60,232 nucleotides of DNA from a virus (taxonomy: Duplodnaviria > Caudoviricetes): IMG/VR virus record IMGVR_UViG_3300044825_000282, positions 1 to 60,232 of that record; one strand, written 5' to 3'. The notes beneath the pieces were generated by a model. That model searched no databases. It saw only the letters and a list, made by a program, of their open reading frames with translations, and was not told the origin of the DNA. Made by a program: the position numbers and the translations under genes. This document shows positions 55,310 through 60,232 of the stretch, piece by piece (within the stretch, counting starts at the first letter, position 1; every line of letters begins with the position of its first letter).

Positions 55310-56770
55310 ATGAACTACGAACAAAAACTCGCACTGCTCTCGCTCGTGCAACTCAACACCGTCCTCGTGCAGCAGGGTCTCGTGCCCCTCGACGACAAGC
55401 GGTCTGCCCGTGATCAGGTGCGCCGCCTGATCGACAACGGCACGGTCGAATGGGACTCGGTCCTGAACGTCCAGCCCCAGACCATCATCACCGGCAAGAA
55501 CGCCGCCCTCGACGATGACCTGCGCGACAAGGTCAACACGTCCAACGCGAAGGCACTCGATGCCGTGAAGAACAGCGAGATCGCCCTGCGTGAGATCAGT
55601 CGCATCAGCAGTGACGTTCGTGCCAACACGACTGCGATCCGTGATGAGTTCAAGACCCTCGCCGAGTCGCTGGTCTCCCGGGTGGACTCGATCACCCGCC
55701 CTGACCCCGCACGGATCAGCAACGAGATCGCGCAGCAGGTCAACAACCTGTTCGACTCCTTCCGTGAGCAGGTGACCCCGCAGCAGATCAAGCAGGTTGC
55801 CAACGCGCTGCCGTCCTTCGAACTGATCCCGGCCCGTGACGTTTTCGGCCCCGAGGCTTGCCGCTACGGGTTCGACGTGGACTTCGGTGACCTGCCCGTT
55901 GCAGTGTGGAACGATCCTGATGCCCCGGCTCTGGTCGATGACTACATCTTCAACCCCGAGCATCTGCACCAGTCGCTGATCGCGCTCGACGATCCTCTGC
56001 CTGACAACGTCTGGCTGGCGGGTGAGCGTGGCACTGGCAAGTCGGAGTTCGTGACGCAGGTGGCTGCTCGACTCAAGCGCCGCCTGTATCGCATCAACTT
56101 CGACGAGGCGCTGGAACGTGCCGACTTCATCGGCGGCAACAGCATCGAGTCCGGCTCGGTTGTGTGGAAGGCTGGCATCGTGACTCAGGCGATCCGTCAC
56201 CCCGGTGCAATCGTGCTGCTCGATGAGATCGGCTTCGCTCGTGCGCAGTCACTCGCTGCCCTTCACGCTCTGTGCGAACGCTCTCCGCACCGCGCCATCA
56301 CCATCAGCGAGACGGGTGAGCGCATCGGTGTCGCGTCTCACGTTGCGTTCTTCTGCGCCGACAACAGCAACGGGCACGGCGACAGCAGCGGCAACTTCGC
56401 AGGGGTGCGTGAGCAGAACAGCGCGTTCATTGATCGCTTCTCGTACACCCTGTACTTCGACTACCTGCCGCAGGACGATGAGATCAACCTGATCGTCAAC
56501 CGCACAGGCATCACGCTCGACGCTGCGAAGATCATCGTCGGCTTCGCGAACGTGGCCCGTGAGAAGGCTCGTGCAGGTCTGCTGACTCAGCCTCCCTCGC
56601 TGCGCCAACTGTTTGCGTGGGCGCGGTCGGTGAAGAAGGGTCTGCCTGTCAACACGGCGTTCAAGAACGCGATCATCAACAAGTTCCCTGCGGACTGCGC
56701 GGTCGAACTGCACGGCGTTTACACGTCACACATCAACGAGAGCGAATTCAAACTCGCCCTCACCAAGTAA
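55310..56770 (+). CDS. MoxR/CbbQ/CobS-like AAA+ ATPase
   Basis: GERGTGKS Walker A, LLDEI Walker B, ADNSNG, NSAFIDRF Arg finger, SLRQL sensor 2. Confidence 0.9.
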   Translation: MNYEQKLALLSLVQLNTVLVQQGLVPLDDKRSARDQVRRLIDNGTVEWDSVLNVQPQTIITGKNAALDDDLRDKVNTSNAKALDAVKNSEIALREISRISSDVRANTTAIRDEFKTLAESLVSRVDSITRPDPARISNEIAQQVNNLFDSFREQVTPQQIKQVANALPSFELIPARDVFGPEACRYGFDVDFGDLPVAVWNDPDAPALVDDYIFNPEHLHQSLIALDDPLPDNVWLAGERGTGKSEFVTQVAARLKRRLYRINFDEALERADFIGGNSIESGSVVWKAGIVTQAIRHPGAIVLLDEIGFARAQSLAALHALCERSPHRAITISETGERIGVASHVAFFCADNSNGHGDSSGNFAGVREQNSAFIDRFSYTLYFDYLPQDDEINLIVNRTGITLDAAKIIVGFANVAREKARAGLLTQPPSLRQLFAWARSVKKGLPVNTAFKNAIINKFPADCAVELHGVYTSHINESEFKLALTK

Positions 56771-56780
56771 CGGAGGCATC

Positions 56781-57803
56781 ATGATTGCACTGGAAGCAAA
56801 GCGCGGAGTCGAAGCGACTCTGGAGCGCGTGTTCAAAGCGACTGGCAACGAGTTCGAAAAACTGGTTGTCGCATGGACCGGCACAACGGCTGGCATCAAG
56901 ACCGAGGGCAGCACGACTTACATCATGTTCCCCGGCATCGATGAGACCAAGCCTGTCGAGCAGACCATGTTCAACGAACTCATCGGCTACGCCCTGCACG
57001 AACTCGGTCACAAGTGGTTCACGCAGGATCGCCCGTGGGACAACGCACGAAAGCAGCACGGCGCGTATGTGTCGGCCCTGATCAACGGTCTGGAAGACCC
57101 GCGCATCGAAGAGTGTGTCGTCAAGTCTGGCTACGCACCGAATGCTCGGGTGCTGTTTGAGTTCCTCGTCAATCAGGTGCTGCGCAAGAACGGCTACGTC
57201 GAGCCGGATGACTTCAAGAACATCCCGTTCATGCTCGCCATCGAGGGTCGTCGTTTAAACGGCTACACGATCTGCTTCGACTCCATCGTCGATGCGTCCC
57301 CGTACAAGGTCGAACTGCGCTGGGCACTCAGAGCAGCGAAGAAGGCGCAGGACACGAAGACCATCGCGAAGATCGCCGTCGAACTGTACGCCCGACTCAA
57401 GCAGCGCCGCGACGAACTCCAGCAACAGCAGCAGGAGCAGCAGCAGCAGGACCAGCCCGGTGACAAGTCGCAGCCCGGTGATCAGCCGGGGCAGGATGCG
57501 AACGGGTCTGAGGCTTCTCAGAACGGCGCAGGAGACGCGAACGCAGACGGCGAAGGGGAAGGTGAGGGTGAGCAGGGATCGCAGCCCGGAGATCAACCCG
57601 GCGACGAACCCGGTGACCAGCCGAGTGACCAGCCCGGTGAGGGTGGCGGTCACGGCGAAGGCGGCGAAGAGCCTGTCGGTCGCAACCCCGAGCCGACTGA
57701 CTTCATCAATGACCGGTGCGGTGAGATCAAGTCGGATGCGGACGAACACCGTCCCCGTCCGCACGTTGGCAAGCCGGTCGTTCTCAACTTTGAACTCGTG
57801 TAA
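56781..57803 (+). CDS. CobT-N-like zincin-motif protein with acidic Gln/Gly/Pro linker
   Basis: ALHELGH..NGLEDPRIE; QPGD repeats. Confidence 0.8.
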   Translation: MIALEAKRGVEATLERVFKATGNEFEKLVVAWTGTTAGIKTEGSTTYIMFPGIDETKPVEQTMFNELIGYALHELGHKWFTQDRPWDNARKQHGAYVSALINGLEDPRIEECVVKSGYAPNARVLFEFLVNQVLRKNGYVEPDDFKNIPFMLAIEGRRLNGYTICFDSIVDASPYKVELRWALRAAKKAQDTKTIAKIAVELYARLKQRRDELQQQQQEQQQQDQPGDKSQPGDQPGQDANGSEASQNGAGDANADGEGEGEGEQGSQPGDQPGDEPGDQPSDQPGEGGGHGEGGEEPVGRNPEPTDFINDRCGEIKSDADEHRPRPHVGKPVVLNFELV

Positions 57804-57812
57804 GGAGGCATC

Positions 57813-58619
57813 ATGCCAACCATCCGCAAAGCAGACGGCGAACAACGCTTCGCCCTTGACCTCGCCAACGCCCCGCAGGGTGTCGGCGCAACCCGCACCA
57901 ACCTGCAACGCTTGCTGCACTCGCTGGACTTCATCGGCTGGAGCAAGTCGGAAGAGTCGGGCCGACTGGACCGCCGCGCACTGACCAAGTTCGCGACTGG
58001 CTCGGTCAACGTGTTCAGCCGCCGTCAGCACATTCAGGCCGAGACCTCTGCGGTGTCGGTGCTGATCGACTGCTCTGGCTCGATGAACGATGACCAGCGT
58101 GGCAGCAGCCGCATTCAGGTTGCGCAGCAGGTCACGGTCCACCTGACGAAGATGCTTCAGCAAGCGCGTGTCCCGTTCGCGGTGACCGGGTTCCGCAACG
58201 GCAAGGTCGATTACCTCGACAACGGCGGCAGGACCGAGCGCCCTCACTTCCTCCCGTTTAAACCGTGGGGCAAGACCTTGCAGCAGTCGCTGGCAACCAT
58301 CGGCTCGATCAGCCTCTGCGCAAGCGGCGGCACTCCCGACTATACCGCGCTGGCGAATGCCATCGATGAACTGGCGCAGCGTCCCGAGCATCGTCGCATC
58401 CTCTTCATCATCACTGACGCAGAGGGCTACCAGCGTGAGCATATGCAGCATCTGCAACGCATCGCAGACAAGGTCGGCGTGACCATCGTCGCCATCGGCA
58501 TCCAGTCGAGCAGCGTGGTCCGGTGCTTCGTCAATGCGGTGTCCGTCAGCAGTCTGTCCGACTTGGGTGCGACTGCGTTCAATCAACTTCTCAAGGCTGT
58601 TCAGCGAAAGGTCCACTGA
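57813..58619 (+). CDS. von Willebrand factor A (CobT-C-like) domain protein
   Basis: SGRLD, LIDCSGSM MIDAS, GGTPD, IITD, VAIGI. Confidence 0.88.
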   Translation: MPTIRKADGEQRFALDLANAPQGVGATRTNLQRLLHSLDFIGWSKSEESGRLDRRALTKFATGSVNVFSRRQHIQAETSAVSVLIDCSGSMNDDQRGSSRIQVAQQVTVHLTKMLQQARVPFAVTGFRNGKVDYLDNGGRTERPHFLPFKPWGKTLQQSLATIGSISLCASGGTPDYTALANAIDELAQRPEHRRILFIITDAEGYQREHMQHLQRIADKVGVTIVAIGIQSSSVVRCFVNAVSVSSLSDLGATAFNQLLKAVQRKVH

Positions 58620-58620
58620 T

Positions 58621-58812
58621 ATGCAACTCATCAACGCTCAAGGCAAGCCCGTGCAAACGGGCGACATCCTGCACGGCAAGCGCGGCAGGTATGTGTTCCT
58701 CGGTCACGACGACAAACTCATCAACGTCCAAACCGCAGACGAGCGCCGGGTCTACTCATGGGTGGACCCCGCTCGATTCAATCTTCAATTCGTTCAACAG
58801 GAGGCAGCATGA
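58621..58812 (+). CDS. hypothetical protein (MQLINAQG...)
   Basis: starts 1 nt after the vWA stop; ATGA coupling downstream. Confidence 0.7.
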   Translation: MQLINAQGKPVQTGDILHGKRGRYVFLGHDDKLINVQTADERRVYSWVDPARFNLQFVQQEAA

Positions 58813-58979
58813 AACAGTTTCTCATTCAAGGCTTCATCGGTCTTTTCCTTATGGCTCTGCTGGCGGTCGGTTTGCTCGACTGGTTCGGCGGCTGCGGCGA
58901 GTCGTGGGTGCAAGCAGACGGCACTCGCATCATGGGTGAGTGCATGGGGCGCGAACTCTTCTTCAGTCTTTTCAAGTGA
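58809..58979 (+). CDS. small membrane protein (MKQFLIQG...)
   Basis: AGGAGG RBS; TM helix then GCGE..GEC. Confidence 0.7.
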   Translation: MKQFLIQGFIGLFLMALLAVGLLDWFGGCGESWVQADGTRIMGECMGRELFFSLFK

Positions 58980-58986
58980 GGCATCA

Positions 58987-59229
58987 ATGGCATACAACAA
59001 AAAAAGCGCGAAGGTCGGATCGGATCATCCTGTCCATCGTCTGTTTCTCGCCGCCGATTCAATCATCGACGCAGCCAACGCAGCAGCAACCGAGAGCGGA
59101 ACTCAAGTGCGCAACCGGCAACTGATCATCCCCGTATGGATGGAGTCGCACCCTGTCATCAAGATCACCATCGAGTGCGGTCCTGAGACAGAGGCAGAGT
59201 ACGCAATCTTCAAAGCACAAACCAAGTGA
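58987..59229 (+). CDS. hypothetical protein (MAYNKKS...)
   Basis: GAGG RBS. Confidence 0.65.
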   Translation: MAYNKKSAKVGSDHPVHRLFLAADSIIDAANAAATESGTQVRNRQLIIPVWMESHPVIKITIECGPETEAEYAIFKAQTK

Positions 59230-59236
59230 GGCAATC

Positions 59237-59314
59237 ATGCAAAAGAAAATTCACATCATCTGGCTATACCTGTTCACGCTGGCAATCGCTGCCATCGTTT
59301 CGTATCCCTACTAA
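59237..59314 (+). CDS. 25-aa hydrophobic peptide MQKKIHIIWLYLFTLAIAAIVSYPY
   Basis: GAGGCAATC RBS; fills the operon gap. Confidence 0.6.
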   Translation: MQKKIHIIWLYLFTLAIAAIVSYPY

Positions 59315-59329
59315 CCATCGGAGGCAATC

Positions 59330-59755
59330 ATGGGAAATCGTGCAGTCATCACCGCAAGCAAAGTCAAGGACAGCGGCCTTGGCATCTACTTACACTGGAA
59401 CGGCGGCATCGAGTCGGTCGTCGCGTTCCTCGACGTGGCCCGTCAACTGGGCTACCGAGACCCCACTACCGACGAGTCGTATGGCATGGCACGTCTGTGT
59501 GGCCTCATCTGTGTGTTCGCTGGCATCAGGGGCGACACCGGGGTCGGCATCAATGACCTATCCAAACTCGACTGCGACAACTACGACAACGGTGTGTTCG
59601 TCATCGGTTCGAAGTGGGAGATCGAGGATCGCTGGGGTCACGGCAGCAAACCGTTTAAACGCGAAGACATCGAGGCGGCTCGTGCGTCCCAGTCCTACAC
59701 GCAGGTGGTCGATCATCTGATTGCAGAACTGGAGCGCGTCGAGTCGGTCGCGTGA
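59330..59755 (+). CDS. conserved phage early protein
   Basis: MGNRAVI..GIYLHWNG..DNGVF motif; GGAGG RBS. Confidence 0.8.
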   Translation: MGNRAVITASKVKDSGLGIYLHWNGGIESVVAFLDVARQLGYRDPTTDESYGMARLCGLICVFAGIRGDTGVGINDLSKLDCDNYDNGVFVIGSKWEIEDRWGHGSKPFKREDIEAARASQSYTQVVDHLIAELERVESVA

Positions 59756-59865
59756 AGCCTCGCAACCATGTCGCCCGTGCCCATCAGTCGGGGGCTGGGC
59801 GGCATTCAACCCCAACCGACTATCAACGCAACCCCAAACACCGTTTAACTCAGGAGGCTTTTCAA

Positions 59866-60144
59866 ATGAAACTCAAAGACACACTCATCGACGCATTCGA
59901 AGAACTGTTCGACATCGACTCCGACTACGATCCCTTGAAGTACCGGGTGATCGAAGTCACCGAGTCGTACCGTTTACACGTCACGGTCAAACCGACGATC
60001 CCAGATGGTCACTACCACCTGAAGATCGAGTCGCAGTGGATGGGTGCGAAAGACCCGGATGGTCTTCAAACGCGCTATCAGGTAACCTTGTCAAAGAAGC
60101 ACCTACTGGAACTGACCGAAACCCTCTTGGAGGCTACGCGATGA
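59866..60144 (+). CDS. hypothetical protein (MKLKDTL...); in frame with an upstream basic segment from GTG 59752
   Basis: AGGAGG RBS before ATG 59866. Confidence 0.65.
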   Translation: MKLKDTLIDAFEELFDIDSDYDPLKYRVIEVTESYRLHVTVKPTIPDGHYHLKIESQWMGAKDPDGLQTRYQVTLSKKHLLELTETLLEATR

Positions 60145-60232
60145 ACTACCCAAACATTGGACTGTGCATGAACGCAGAGAGATACGCAGGGCCGGACCAC
60201 CCAGTCTGGTTCCTGCTCTTCTGTTTGATACT
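60141..60232 (+). CDS. partial small membrane protein running off the window end
   Basis: GGAGGCT RBS, ATGA coupling, hydrophobic VWFLLFCLI at the edge. Confidence 0.55.
   Translation, partial: MNYPNIGLCMNAERYAGPDHPVWFLLFCLI

Noticed and set aside
57420-57670. CAG and CAGCCCGGTGAC-type tandem repeats
   Set aside because: Explained by the low-complexity Gln and QPGD protein linker.
55310-58619. Cobalamin biosynthesis (cobS/cobT) auxiliary metabolic genes
   Set aside because: No cobN or other cob genes; the motifs are generic MoxR AAA+ and vWA.
1-60232. CRISPR array or tRNA genes
   Set aside because: No regularly spaced repeat-spacer units and no cloverleaf with T-loop consensus seen by eye; tRNAscan-SE/ARAGORN would be definitive.

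Overview
The window looks like an essentially complete ~60 kb tailed dsDNA phage genome (podovirus-like gene order, roughly 55-60% GC by eye, host probably a proteobacterium but not determinable). It has three blocks. (1) 1-9.8 kb holds replication and recombination genes: T7 gp4/Twinkle-like primase-helicase, HNH, RusA-like resolvase, PD-(D/E)XK exonuclease, ERF annealase, SSB, tyrosine recombinase and a Ref-like nuclease. (2) 9.8-53.6 kb is a minus-strand morphogenesis arm: TerS, mini-LexA, TerL, portal, GroES, scaffold, major capsid, tail tube, modular tail fibres, lysis genes, ejection proteins and a 3045-aa polyvalent protein. (3) 54.3-60.2 kb is a plus-strand early arm: SprT-like protease, MoxR/CobS-like AAA+ ATPase, a split CobT-like zincin plus vWA pair, and small ORFs. 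I saw no DNA polymerase, RNA polymerase, tRNA or CRISPR array. The most unusual signals are non-coding. (a) An RNA hub at 2.77-3.31 kb carries two back-to-back ~80-nt candidate sRNAs; one has a seed complementary to the phage's own extended ribosome-binding motif GGAGGCUAAUC. A pseudoknotted leader of the primase operon lies next to them. (b) The palindrome GTTTAAAC occurs 29 times by my manual count, against ~0.5 expected, in several reading frames and in promoters. (c) A DNA-binding-domain-only LexA has CGAAC/GTTCG operator-like sites in several sigma70-like promoter spacers. (d) A double-pseudoknot RNA follows the capsid gene. All family assignments come from motif recognition by eye, not database searches.
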